From Basidiobolus meristosporus CBS 931.73 (Eukaryota > Fungi > Basidiobolomycota), in assembly GCA_002104905.1 (NCBI GenBank), contig MCFE01000389.1:19024-83023 (forward strand): a stretch of DNA of 64,000 nucleotides, given 5' to 3'. The stretch's first letter is position 1, and the number at the start of each line of letters is the position of its first letter. A program made the position numbers and the translations under genes. Below the pieces are notes generated by a model. That model made no database searches. It worked only from the letters and a program-made list of their open reading frames with translations, and was not told the origin of the DNA. Below are positions 27,260-38,479 of the stretch, one piece after another.

Positions 27260-28640
27260 ATAATAACCCATGTGAGTTATGAAGTATGTCAACTAGATCA
27301 CACCCATTGAACAGAGTACCAATTATTGCTTATGGAAAAGCCAGCTATCTTGCTAAATGCTGGGGCATCTCCAATGCAGATAATACTATGCCTTGTGACA
27401 TTAATGCCACTTACCAGTATCCCACTGGATAGTAAATAGAGCTTATCCTGCAATAGATGATGATAACCAATGAGGTTGAAAAGTGACTTAGGCTTAGGTA
27501 TCAGTTAAGACTGCATCAGATTTCTGTTGTGATATTATAAGATTAGTGACAGATTTAGGTTTATAAGAATAAGTGGCAAGCAGGATTTACTGGTAGAGTA
27601 CTTCTTCAATGATGATCAATCTAGTGCAAAGTCAATGGTATGGCCATAGATATCTTCACAGCAGGCCTTGCTTCCTAGTTGCCTGTAATGTTTACCATCA
27701 AAGTATCAGATATGTTTGCACTTGATGAGTACTGAGTACAGTACTTTATAGCCTTACAATATTTGCCAGACTGTATGAGCTTCTTTGGACATGATATTGG
27801 AGGAATTAATCCAGAATGGGAACAATACTCTTCTCCTATGATGGTGGACTCCTGACAAGGTAGACACCTTGCAATGATGACATGCTCTGATGCAAATGCC
27901 ATACAGCCTTTTACATATGCTGGTAGCAGGATAGTTTTGGTGTCATATGTCAATAGCAGCATGATGATTGCCCAATTGCACTATGTACATAGTATGTTGC
28001 ATTCCAGACTGATTTTGTCCAGAAGCAGCAGCAAATCTCCCATGCCACCATTACTGATACTGGTTAGCATGCCACTTCTCTAGCCTCAAAATATCATCAT
28101 TCACTAATTGATGGATTAATTGGCTCACCTGGCTCCATAAAGCATCCTTGAGATTTTTTCCCATTGATGTTGTCTCATTGCATATAAAAATATGTTGTTC
28201 ACCTGCCAAAGGTTATTATGGTGGAGACACTTATTGAATGGCAGATTTAAATGGAATTACTTGTCATGTGTGAGGTTGGGCTTAATATTTGCTTTAGGTA
28301 TAGGGACTTGTGTAGGTCAGTACAATCTATATTTCAGTTACAACTGAAGTTTTAACAGAAGTAAATCAATGAATATGCTTGAAGAGTAAGAGCATTGGCT
28401 GAGTCATCAAGTAAGGAGTGTGAGAAAGAGGCAGTAGCTAGTCAATATGCACAAGTGCAAGATATAATAGAGTGTTTGAGATCAGAAGGCCAGAAAAAGG
28501 TAGAAAACTAATCAACAGCAACTTGGTGCTTGTTATGGTGAGTAATTTTGATCACATTTTTGGTGGGATCTGCAATGTAATTTTTTCTCAAATGATTTTT
28601 ACACAGTGGCCTAACTGCATCACTACCTCTTAGTCACAGG
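27260..28640 (-). mobile_element. Internally deleted CACTA-like/family C relic
   Basis: 27300-28080 matches the transposase regions at 1690-2150 and 16730-17600; 28230-28640 matches the family C 5' region. Confidence 0.65.
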
Positions 28641-28879
28641 CCTTTCACAAGGTCCTGCAAATTGCTGATCTTTAGCTGGGTAACTTGCTCTGTTTCCCAC
28701 TGACTGAAGTTGGGAGCTAAATTCCACTATTGATAATAACCAGCTAATTTTAGATGTCAGATTGCATATTGCTAGTCAATGCATCTTCTCCCACTCTCAT
28801 ATTCATTTCTGGAATATTTTCTTGTTGCTTTCCAGTATTATGTATGTGTAATTAAAAGATACAAGCTGGGCTCAGCATT

Positions 28880-29860
28880 CATTGAGATGACTATGTCCTG
28901 AGCTTCCAGAGTCAGAATAACTGTAAGACTCACCAGCAGGCTTGAGACAGGAATGCAACTTGCTCAACAGCTGCAAAGACAAAAAGCTTCTTTGCCCTTA
29001 CAAAAGTAAATTGGGAAAGAATCAAATAAATAAGAGATATATGGTCTGAATGATCCTCACAGGTGGTGCTTTCCAGGTCAGTTGGCTGTCCACATGATTT
29101 CCTGGGGGTCTCCTCTGGTGTTGGACTGGAAGCTTAGTTAGAATCCAGTGGAAGTGATAACACTAATCAACCAGCTGCAATATTGAAACAGGGATGATGA
29201 TTTTTTGTCTCCCTTCAATACATCTCTCAGTGGCCAAGTGATTACTGGTGATAGTGCTCCAGAAGGCACTGGATAATAGTAGAAGTTGTAATGTCATCAT
29301 GAAGTTCTTTTAGAAGCATCACTTAAACATCTTGTAAATCCACCTGACAACTAACTTGACATAGTAACCAAGATCAGAGTTTACACATTTGAAAAATTTC
29401 TGCAGATTTTTTGTTAGGACTTAGTTGGAGTATTTTGCCCAAGACATATGGTAACTGGGACATGACTTTACATGGTCCAGGTAAACCACACACTGAATAT
29501 GCTTAGGAGGGCCTTAGATGCATATAAGTGTGAGCTCATTGGACAGCTTTGAGACTTCTTCATATCATGGGCACCCAGTGTTTGGTGAAATATTCCAGGT
29601 AAGTCCTTACCAGGAACTTGGGTAGAATACAGTAGGATTTGTAGGCTGTGTTCAAAGTTATTGAATTAAGTGGGTACCAAGGTGTAATTGCAAAATTTCC
29701 AACACTGGGACCTTCCCATGAGTATTGTGTGCTTGTTCTGCTAAGACCATGCAAAAGTATAATTATCATCTTCACATTCAATAGATCAAGAGGTGAGAGC
29801 CACACAATCTACTTGTTCTCCTGGACACTGATGATATCTCCCAGGCTTACCCAGAAGCAT
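28880..29860. repeat. Family D fragment followed by two oppositely oriented degenerate Copia-B-like LTR fragments
   Basis: 28880-29200 resembles 26200-26470; about 29440-29700 and 29704-29855 resemble the family B LTR in opposite orientations. Confidence 0.5.
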
Positions 29861-30534
29861 GAGCACCTGGTGAAAGTCCATATTATTCAGCATCTATAGC
29901 TGGGAGAATATACAAAACCAATATACCATCTGGCCCAAGCAGTTGCCAACAATACCTGTGAGAAATACCAAACTTGGTTATAGTATTGCCAGTATTTTGT
30001 GGGGATTTTTTGGTCAGATTTCAGGTGGAAATATCTTGGGAGTAAGTCAGCTGACTGTCATCATATTTGGTAGGAGTACCGCTCAGTTAAGGCGTTGATA
30101 ACTTTATTTGGGGGGGTTGTCATGATTGCCATGAGGTTGTATTGACTACTCCCATGGCCACAATGTTAGCGGGGTTTAGGGTGATGATGGTGATGGTGAT
30201 ACATCATCCTGTTCAATAATTGACTTGCTGGATTCCCCGATCATCATGTGACTCCGGCCTACCCAGATCACTGGGATCGGAGATGAGTAACACCCAATTT
30301 CAAGTCACCCTCCAGCTTAGGGGTAGGGGTAGGAACCTACCCATCTGATAGGGTCATGGTCTGGCAGGAGTACCGATACAAAACCAACCAACCAGATAGC
30401 AGCTTTTGGAGAATCAAGGAACACAAGCAGCATCTACGATCTACACCCCCCCCCTCCACGACATCTTCATCGCGGGATCGTAATGGCGTCACGTCCAGTA
30501 GTCATCACTTATATAAAAGGGGATATAGCGAGCG

Positions 30535-32460
30535 ATGGTGAATTCCATCATGTTGCACTCCACACCAACTAGACGTTCGGTAATCATTTGCCTGTTCCGG
30601 CATGATCTACGAATCCGAGATAACCCCATATTGCATTACGCGAATTCCCATCCTACGGCCACCCACATGCTCCCCGTCTACTGCTTTGACCCACGCCAAG
30701 TCAACCTAACCAGAGCCCGGGGGAAAGACTATGCGGAGCCGAAGAGCCGGCTGTTCAACCTGCCGCGAAGCAGCAAGCTGAGAACCAGGTAGGCCTCTCC
30801 AGTAGCTTAACCTTAACCTCTTGCCACTGGTCAACCGATCGAATCAAATCGTCACCGTCAGGTTTCTCGTCGAGTCGGTGCTGAATTTAAAGACCAATCT
30901 GAAGAAATTGGGAAGCGAACTGCTTATCGCGCTGGAGCCACCCGAGGAGTTCCTACCAAGAGTAGCCGACGAACTACTCCCGGAGTATGACGTCGAGGCT
31001 GTTTACCTGCAGGAAGAAGTAAGTTCAACCCGCTTTTCATCCATCCTGTTGGCCACCCATTTACACCCTAGCTACAGGTAACCGACGAGGAGATTCGCGT
31101 CCAACAAAAGCTTATCCACCGGATGAATGCTCCGGTTGAGTCTTTCCACGGTGCCACCCTGGTACATCCTGAGGATCTTCCGTTCCCAATGGAAGACCTA
31201 CCAGACGTGTATACTAAATTTCGTAAGGCGGTAGAATCTATGGATACACCGTTCAGGCCTGTCCTACCTACCCCAAAGAAGCTCAAACCCCTCCCCGGGA
31301 ATGATCTGTTAGACCAGATGCTCACCGTGGATGCGGACCATCTGCTTCCGTCCATGGGAGTGGTCGATACCGCCCCAGATTTGCGGACAGTATTCCCTTT
31401 CGGGGGAGGCGAAGATCAGGCCATCGAGCGATTAACCGACTGGGTATGGAACACGAAGAGCATCTCCACCTACAAGGAAACGCGTAACGGCCTGCTGGGC
31501 ACCGATTACTCCAGCAAACTATCCCCCTGGTTAGCCCTGGGCTGCTTGTCACCCCGAGAGATCCTGAAGCAGGTGGAGGCGTACGAGGATAGTAATGAGG
31601 CGAACGTCTCCACCTATTGGATCCGGTTCGAGTTACTCTGGAGGGATTACTTCTGGTTTGTGGGCGGGAAGTACGGGAACGGGATCTTCCACCGGGATGG
31701 AGTGTTGGCCAACCGGTCAGACGACCAGCCGTCCTGGAAGGTCGACCCCAACCTGATGAAGGCGTGGATCCACGGAGAAACCGGGATCCCGTGGGTCGAT
31801 GCGAACATGCGGGAGCTGCGAAATACCGGGTAAGCAACCCAACGGGGGGAGACTTGATTTGTGAACGGAATTAACCTGAGATCCACCTAGCTACATGAGC
31901 AATCGGGGTAGACAGAACGTGGCAAGTTTCCTGGCGAAGGATCTGCGGGTCGATTGGAGGTTCGGTGGGGAATGGTTCGAGACCCATCTGCTGGATTACG
32001 ACCCGTGCTCGAACTACGGGAATTGGCAATACGGTAAGTGGGACAGGGATCAGCGCGTAACCTGGGCACTTGTACTGATCAAGGGTGGTTTTCAGTGGCC
32101 GGAGTCGGAAACGACCCCCGAGAGAACCGACACTTCAACATGATCAAACAAGCCAAGGATTACGACCCGGAGGGAAAGTATGTCGCGATGTGGTGTCCGG
32201 AGCTTCGAGACGTCCCTGTCGAGCATATCCACACTCCGTGGAAGATGCCCCACGATGTCCAGCAGAAGGCGAATTGTGTTATTGGCCGGGATTACCCCGA
32301 GCCGATCGTTCTCCAGGAGGTTTGGGAAAAGCATGTCGCCAGACCGCCCAAGGACACGAAAAAATCCTCCGGGAATCCCAACGAACGAGTTTCCAAGAAG
32401 GACTCACGTCGACGCCAGCGTCGAAAAGCCAAGGCCTCGAAACCCCACTCCCACAGATAG
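30535..32460 (+). CDS. cryD: Cryptochrome DASH (photolyase/cryptochrome family), 5 exons; alternative start at 30550
   Basis: N-terminal [14 protein letters not shown]-binding region [75 protein letters not shown]-type [13 protein letters not shown]...[14 protein letters not shown] introns at 30789-30861, 31019-31077, 31830-31890 and 32034-32095. Confidence 0.95.
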
Positions 32461-32561
32461 CTAGAATGGTCTACATTCAAACCAAGGAAATTTTATTAAA
32501 GCGGGCATATCAAAACAAGCGAGGACGGGGAATGGTAGTTAAATGGGGGGGTCGTCGGGTA

Positions 32562-34823
32562 TTAGTAGAACAAAAGCTCGGTACTCTTCGGGAGGGCCCA
32601 ATGCTTGTCAGCCACCGCTTCCTCCAGTTTGTTGGTTCGGGTGGTGATTTTCTCCATGAGGGGGAGGAGGTTTTTGCAGGCTTTCTTGGCCTGTTCGTGC
32701 TCATCCGACTCCACATCTTTAACCGCCTCGGTAAGTTCAGCTATCAGTTCGTGGAAGCCGGAGAGCGTTTCTGATAGGTCGGTTAGAAGGGAGGTTTCAG
32801 CAGAAGCGTCTACGCCAATATCCGACATACACTTGGCCCCGAGCGCAAGCTCCTTTCTGTACTCGTAAGTGCTCGGTAGGATTTGTTGCTGGACCAAGGT
32901 TTTCAGCGTGTTGGCCTCCACGATCAAATCCTTGGCATACCGCTCCTTCATAATGTGGTATCTGGAGTTGAGTTCGGACTCGGTGAACACCCCGGTCTCC
33001 TCGACCAGCATCTTCTTCGATTCAGCAGTCATCAGCTGCTCAAATGCATCTGGAGAGTTCCTGAGGTTGGGAAGTCCGCGGCGTTCGGCCTCCTGCACCC
33101 ACTCATCGGAGTAGTTGTCCCGCTCGAAGCGGATGGGCTTGGTGGAGGCGATGTACTTCTTGATGACGTTGAGTTTGTCAGCGTCCGAGACCATCGGCTT
33201 GTCACCCTTCTCCTTGATCAGTTCCTCGGTGATCTCGTTGAGGGCAGAGGCCACAGCCGCGTTGAGTACGGTGACTGGGAACGAGGGGGACTGTTTGGAT
33301 CCAACCGCACGGAACTCGAACTTGTTCCCGGTGAAGGCGAATGGAGATGTACGATTACGATCGGTCAGATCACGGGTGATGCTGGGAAGTGAGGCAACCT
33401 TGACGTCGAGACTAGTGCCTCCAAGCTTCACCGATTGGATATGGGGTCGGGAGAAAGTCTTGATAGGGCGGGCCTCCTCCACCGCATCAAGGACCTCGCT
33501 CAACTGCTCGCCCAGGAAGGCGGACACGATTCCAGGCGGCGCTTCAGCCGCTCCAAGGCGATGATCGTTCGACGCACTGGAAATGGTGGTGCGCAGAAGA
33601 CCACCATGCTTGTGCACCGCGTGAAGTACGGCAACAAGGAACAGAAGGAATTGGTAGTTGGTCTCTGGCTTGACCGTGGGGTCAAGCAGGTTCTCCCCGC
33701 GGTCCGTGGAGAGCGACCAGTTGCAGTGCTTGCCAGATCCATTGATTCCCTTGAACGGCTTCTCGTGGAATAGGACCTTCAGGTTGTGTCTGTGCGCCAC
33801 CTTGTGGAGCACCTCCATGGTGATCAAGTTGTGATCAACCGCGATCGAGGCCTCCTCGAAGATTGGCGCCATCTCAAACTGCGATGGGGCAACCTCGTTG
33901 TGTCTGGTCTTGATTGGGACCCCGAGTTTGTAACTCTCCAGCTCAGTCTCGCTCAAGGTGGCGATCACTCTGCTTGGCATCTGGCCAAAGTAGTGGTCCT
34001 CCATCTGTTGGTGCTTCGGCGGAAGGTTACCGAAGAGAGCGCGACCACAGATCTTGAGATCTGGACGAAGAGCATATAATGCACGGTCAATCAGGAAGAA
34101 CTCCTGCTCCGTTCCGAGCGTGGAGTACACGCGCTGGACATATGGTGGCACGCCGGCTGGGACAGGCTTGATGAGGTTCAAGAGGCGGCAGGCGGCCTTG
34201 GACACGGCCTCACTGGACCTGAGCAGCACTGTCTTCTCATCCAAGGCATCTCCGTTGTATGAGATGAACACCGAGGGAATGTACAGGATTGAGGTGTTGT
34301 GGGGACCGGGCTGGATGAACATGGGACTGGTGGTGTCCCACACTGTGTAACCTCTGGCCTCGAATGTGGTTCTCATTCCCCCGGATGGGAAGCTTGAGGC
34401 ATCGGGCTCCGCTTGGAGCAGCTGGGTTCCTGAAAATGAATCAATAGCATGGACATCCTCACCATTAGGTCCATGTGTAGATTTGAGCGTAAGGAAGCAG
34501 TCGTGCTTTTCAGCAGTTGTTCCAGTTTGAGGCTGGAACCAGTGAGTGAAGTGGGTGGCACCGCGCTCAGTGGCCCAGATACGAACAGCATGAGCAATAG
34601 CATCGGCGGTAGCTTTGTCCAAAGTTTGACGACCCTTGACCTGCCTGATGAATTGGGCGAAGACAGGCTTCGGCAGCGCTTTGGACATGGACTTGAGATT
34701 GAACACGTTCTCACCAAAGATCTCGGCAACGGAAATCGCCTTTCCATGAGTAGTGGGGAAATCGATCTTGCGAGGATTTCGTTTCACCCCTTCCAGGATT
34801 GCGTTGGTTCGTGCTTGATTCAT
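32562..34823 (-). CDS. glnN: Glutamine synthetase type III (copy 1), intronless, 753 aa
   Basis: GSIII motifs TAEKHD, EPDASSFPSGG-R-TFEARGYT-WD-TSP, GTEQEFFLID, EDHYFG, RHNEVAP-QFE, HEKPF-G-NGSGKH-NWS, NDHRLGA-EAPP and DRNRTSPFAFTGNKFEFRAVGS. Confidence 0.96.
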   Translation of the reverse strand: MNQARTNAILEGVKRNPRKIDFPTTHGKAISVAEIFGENVFNLKSMSKALPKPVFAQFIRQVKGRQTLDKATADAIAHAVRIWATERGATHFTHWFQPQTGTTAEKHDCFLTLKSTHGPNGEDVHAIDSFSGTQLLQAEPDASSFPSGGMRTTFEARGYTVWDTTSPMFIQPGPHNTSILYIPSVFISYNGDALDEKTVLLRSSEAVSKAACRLLNLIKPVPAGVPPYVQRVYSTLGTEQEFFLIDRALYALRPDLKICGRALFGNLPPKHQQMEDHYFGQMPSRVIATLSETELESYKLGVPIKTRHNEVAPSQFEMAPIFEEASIAVDHNLITMEVLHKVAHRHNLKVLFHEKPFKGINGSGKHCNWSLSTDRGENLLDPTVKPETNYQFLLFLVAVLHAVHKHGGLLRTTISSASNDHRLGAAEAPPGIVSAFLGEQLSEVLDAVEEARPIKTFSRPHIQSVKLGGTSLDVKVASLPSITRDLTDRNRTSPFAFTGNKFEFRAVGSKQSPSFPVTVLNAAVASALNEITEELIKEKGDKPMVSDADKLNVIKKYIASTKPIRFERDNYSDEWVQEAERRGLPNLRNSPDAFEQLMTAESKKMLVEETGVFTESELNSRYHIMKERYAKDLIVEANTLKTLVQQQILPSTYEYRKELALGAKCMSDIGVDASAETSLLTDLSETLSGFHELIAELTEAVKDVESDEHEQAKKACKNLLPLMEKITTRTNKLEEAVADKHWALPKSTELLFY

Positions 34824-35067
34824 TCTATTCTTAGGATTGATATGGAAAAAAGAGATTGGATTGCTGAAGGGGTTTATTGATGTTATTTATTGGCAACGAC
34901 GCACATTTATATGAAACAAACGGCCAGAAATAGAAAGCTTCTTAAATTCACAGTTGGCACTTCAGTGTTTCTTATGGGCATATGATTACCGTAAAAAATC
35001 GATGGTCAGATGGGCTGCTGTGTAAGTTCAACATAGACCCGTGTCTGAGGTGATTACGGCCCATTCC

Positions 35068-35453
35068 CTATCTTACCTAATCTCTGGCAGTACGGAAATC
35101 TGGGGATGGGACTGTCATGGTTGATAGGGAAATATCGCCCAATTGATAGGTAACAGAGTCTCTTATCTATGTTACTGTCCCCATATCACATTACCAAAGA
35201 GTTGGGCATGATTGCAATCGACCATTGCACAACGTGTGATTATAGGTTGAAGTCATATGATTCATTAAAGTAGGCTGGCTATTTCCAGAGTCAATCACAA
35301 TGGATGATCGATCATCACCGATACGAGCGATTAATTGGTTGATCGATCTGTCCAGGAGGCTTAGCAAACGTCGAAACCAAGGAAAGGGTGGACAGGAAAG
35401 CCTGGATTTACACATATAATGAGTATAGGACTTGGCTGGGGTCTTATCTATCA
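35068..35453. promoter_or_regulatory. Cluster of six HGATAR boxes in the bidirectional GSIII promoter
   Basis: AGATAG (rc 35068-73), TGATAG (35122-27 and 35144-49), AGATAA (rc 35163-68 and 35444-49) and TGATAG (rc 35448-53). TATA-like elements lie near 34905-34912 (minus) and 35757-35764 (plus). Confidence 0.5.
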
Positions 35454-35852
35454 GACGCGCAACCAAGGGGCACCATCCATGAAATCGACCGAGTACCATA
35501 TTCAGAAATATCGAGGGTTTAAGGGTTCACCAACTAGATCATTTCTGGAAAAAGCAGTATAAACATGGGATTCTCTAATTCAGGGAAAGAATATGAACTC
35601 ATGCTTCGCCCCTCCCCCTAGTGGACAACCCATTTGACCATATGTAATGAATTCGTAGTCAATGGGTTCTTCACAACTAATCACAATTGTAACCAATCAG
35701 TGGGCCAAAGTGCAGTTGCGCAAAGGTCTATCATGGAATCGCCGTCCACTAAAATACTATAAAAGTATACCTGACAAGTATGCTACCACACGCATCAATC
35801 CCCTTTGTCTCTATTTCAGAAGGCCACTTTTCTATTCTGATCTGCTTTTGTA

Positions 35853-38123
35853 ATGAGTAGTCCACGCGTAGTTGCACTTCTTGATAACGTTAAGAGGCCA
35901 ACAAGAAAGATCGACTTCCCAACCACCGGAGTCAGCAAGAAGTCTATCAGCGTATCTGAGATTTACGGGGAGAATGTGTTTACCCTGAAGTCCATGTCCA
36001 AGGCGTTACCCAAGCCAATCTTTGCTCAGTTCATTAAGCAGGTGAAGGGTCGCCAAACTTTGGACAAAGCTACCGCCGATGCTATTGCTCATGCTGTTCG
36101 TATCTGGGCCACTGAGCGCGGCGCCACCCACTTCACTCACTGGTTCCAGCCTCAAACTGGAACAACTGCTGAAAAGCACGACTCCTTCCTCACTTTAAGA
36201 TCTATTCATGGTCCCACAGGTGAAGAAGTCCACGCTATGGACTCGTTTTCAGGAACCCAGCTGCTCCAAGCGGAGCCCGATGCCTCAAGCTTCCCATCCG
36301 GGGGAATGAGAACCACATTCGAGGCCAGAGGCTACACAGTGTGGGACACCACCAGTCCCATGTTCATCCAGCCCGGTCCCCACAACACCTCAATCCTGTA
36401 CATTCCCTCGGTGTTCATCTCATACAACGGAGATGCCTTGGATGAGAAGACAGTGCTGCTCAGGTCCAGTGAGGCCGTGTCCAAGGCCGCCTGCCGCCTC
36501 TTGAACCTCATCAAGCCTGTCCCAGCCGGCGTGCCACCATATGTCCAGCGCGTGTACTCCACGCTCGGAACGGAGCAGGAGTTCTTCCTGATTGACCGTG
36601 CATTATATGCTCTTCGTCCAGATCTCAAGATCTGTGGTCGCGCTCTCTTCGGTAACCTTCCGCCGAAGCACCAACAGATGGAGGACCACTACTTTGGCCA
36701 GATGCCAAGCAGAGTGATCGCCACCTTGAGCGAGACTGAGCTGGAGAGTTACAAACTCGGGGTCCCAATCAAGACCAGACACAACGAGGTTGCCCCATCG
36801 CAGTTTGAGATGGCGCCAATCTTCGAGGAGGCCTCGATCGCGGTTGATCACAACTTGATCACCATGGAGGTGCTCCACAAGGTGGCGCACAGACACAACC
36901 TGAAGGTCCTATTCCACGAGAAGCCGTTCAAGGGAATCAATGGATCTGGCAAGCACTGCAACTGGTCGCTCTCCACGGACCGCGGGGAGAACCTGCTTGA
37001 CCCCACGGTCAAGCCAGAGACCAACTACCAATTCCTTCTGTTCCTTGTTGCCGTACTTCACGCGGTGCACAAGCATGGTGGTCTTCTGCGCACCACCATT
37101 TCCAGTGCGTCGAACGATCATCGCCTTGGAGCGGCTGAAGCGCCGCCTGGAATCGTGTCCGCCTTCCTGGGCGAGCAGTTGAGCGAGGTCCTTGATGCGG
37201 TGGAGGAGGCCCGCCCTATCAAGACTTTCTCCCGACCCCATATCCAATCGGTGAAGCTTGGAGGCACTAGTCTCGACGTCAAGGTTGCCTCACTTCCCAG
37301 CATCACCCGTGATCTGACCGATCGTAATCGTACATCTCCATTCGCCTTCACCGGGAACAAGTTCGAGTTCCGTGCGGTTGGATCCAAACAGTCCCCCTCG
37401 TTCCCAGTCACTGTACTCAACGCGGCTGTGGCCTCTGCCCTCAACGAGATCACCGAGGAACTGATCAAGGAGAAGGGTGACAAGCCGATGGTCTCGGACG
37501 CTGACAAACTCAACGTCATCAAGAAGTACATCGCCTCCACCAAGCCCATCCGCTTCGAGCGGGACAACTACTCCGATGAGTGGGTGCAGGAGGCCGAACG
37601 CCGCGGACTTCCCAACCTCAGGAACTCTCCAGATGCATTCGAGCAGCTGATGACTGCTGAATCGAAGAAGATGCTGGTCGAGGAGACCGGGGTGTTCACC
37701 GAGTCTGAACTCAACTCCAGATACCATATTTTGAACGAACGGTATGCCAAGGATTTGATTGTGGAGGCCAACACGCTGAAAACCTTGGTCCAGCAACAAA
37801 TCTTACCCAGCGCCTATGAGTACAGAAAAGATCTCGCTCTGTCGGCCTCGGCGCTGGATAACTTGGGTATCGATGCGGCAGCAGAAAAGAAGCTTCTCAC
37901 GCAGATGAGCTCGATCGTAAATGAGCTCCAGGATAAGACCGAGGAGTTGGTCAAATCCGTCGATACTGTCGAACAAAGCGACCATCACGACCAAGCACAC
38001 GGGGCATGCAAGCAGATCCTTCCCACCATGGGCATCGTACGCTCCCTTGCGGATAAGTTGGAAGAGTTGGTGGCCGACAAGTTCTGGAGCTTGCCAAAGA
38101 ATACGGAATTACTATTTTACTGA
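35853..38123 (+). CDS. glnN: Glutamine synthetase type III (copy 2), intronless, 756 aa
   Basis: Same GSIII motif set as copy 1; uninterrupted ORF. Confidence 0.96.
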   Translation: MSSPRVVALLDNVKRPTRKIDFPTTGVSKKSISVSEIYGENVFTLKSMSKALPKPIFAQFIKQVKGRQTLDKATADAIAHAVRIWATERGATHFTHWFQPQTGTTAEKHDSFLTLRSIHGPTGEEVHAMDSFSGTQLLQAEPDASSFPSGGMRTTFEARGYTVWDTTSPMFIQPGPHNTSILYIPSVFISYNGDALDEKTVLLRSSEAVSKAACRLLNLIKPVPAGVPPYVQRVYSTLGTEQEFFLIDRALYALRPDLKICGRALFGNLPPKHQQMEDHYFGQMPSRVIATLSETELESYKLGVPIKTRHNEVAPSQFEMAPIFEEASIAVDHNLITMEVLHKVAHRHNLKVLFHEKPFKGINGSGKHCNWSLSTDRGENLLDPTVKPETNYQFLLFLVAVLHAVHKHGGLLRTTISSASNDHRLGAAEAPPGIVSAFLGEQLSEVLDAVEEARPIKTFSRPHIQSVKLGGTSLDVKVASLPSITRDLTDRNRTSPFAFTGNKFEFRAVGSKQSPSFPVTVLNAAVASALNEITEELIKEKGDKPMVSDADKLNVIKKYIASTKPIRFERDNYSDEWVQEAERRGLPNLRNSPDAFEQLMTAESKKMLVEETGVFTESELNSRYHILNERYAKDLIVEANTLKTLVQQQILPSAYEYRKDLALSASALDNLGIDAAAEKKLLTQMSSIVNELQDKTEELVKSVDTVEQSDHHDQAHGACKQILPTMGIVRSLADKLEELVADKFWSLPKNTELLFY

Positions 38124-38479
38124 GACCCCCTAATGGATGAAATATGTACCAACAAATATGCCGCAAATCGCACACTATCCACACTGCTCATCTGCAGTTT
38201 CCCAAAAAAATCCCTTGTAAAGTCCCATGTGTGATATCGGTGATCTCTAAAGATCACCATCTGGGAACTGTAATATCTTAATCCAAATGAAAATAAATCA
38301 TGACAGATACGCGTCAGGTAAAGCCCATAATATAACCCAAAAAAATGACGTCCATTCTGGATTGTCAGCAATATCTGGAAAAATCACCAACAATTCGGGG
38401 AATTTTCACAATCACTTAAACAACTCTGTTGAATACTCTCTTGCAGTTACCAACTTTGAAGTGACCTCCTTAAAGCAGA

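Noticed and set aside
269-29899. Short ORFs in the left block as host genes
   Set aside because: All recognisable ones are fragments or antisense shadows of decayed Copia, CACTA or repeat sequence.
1-30100. Classical Neurospora-type RIP (CpA to TpA)
   Set aside because: CpA and TpG are abundant; the missing dinucleotide is CpG.
32605-37799. Duplicated antisense ORFs over the GSIII genes
   Set aside because: They are shadow frames of GC-rich coding DNA, duplicated only because the genes are near-identical.
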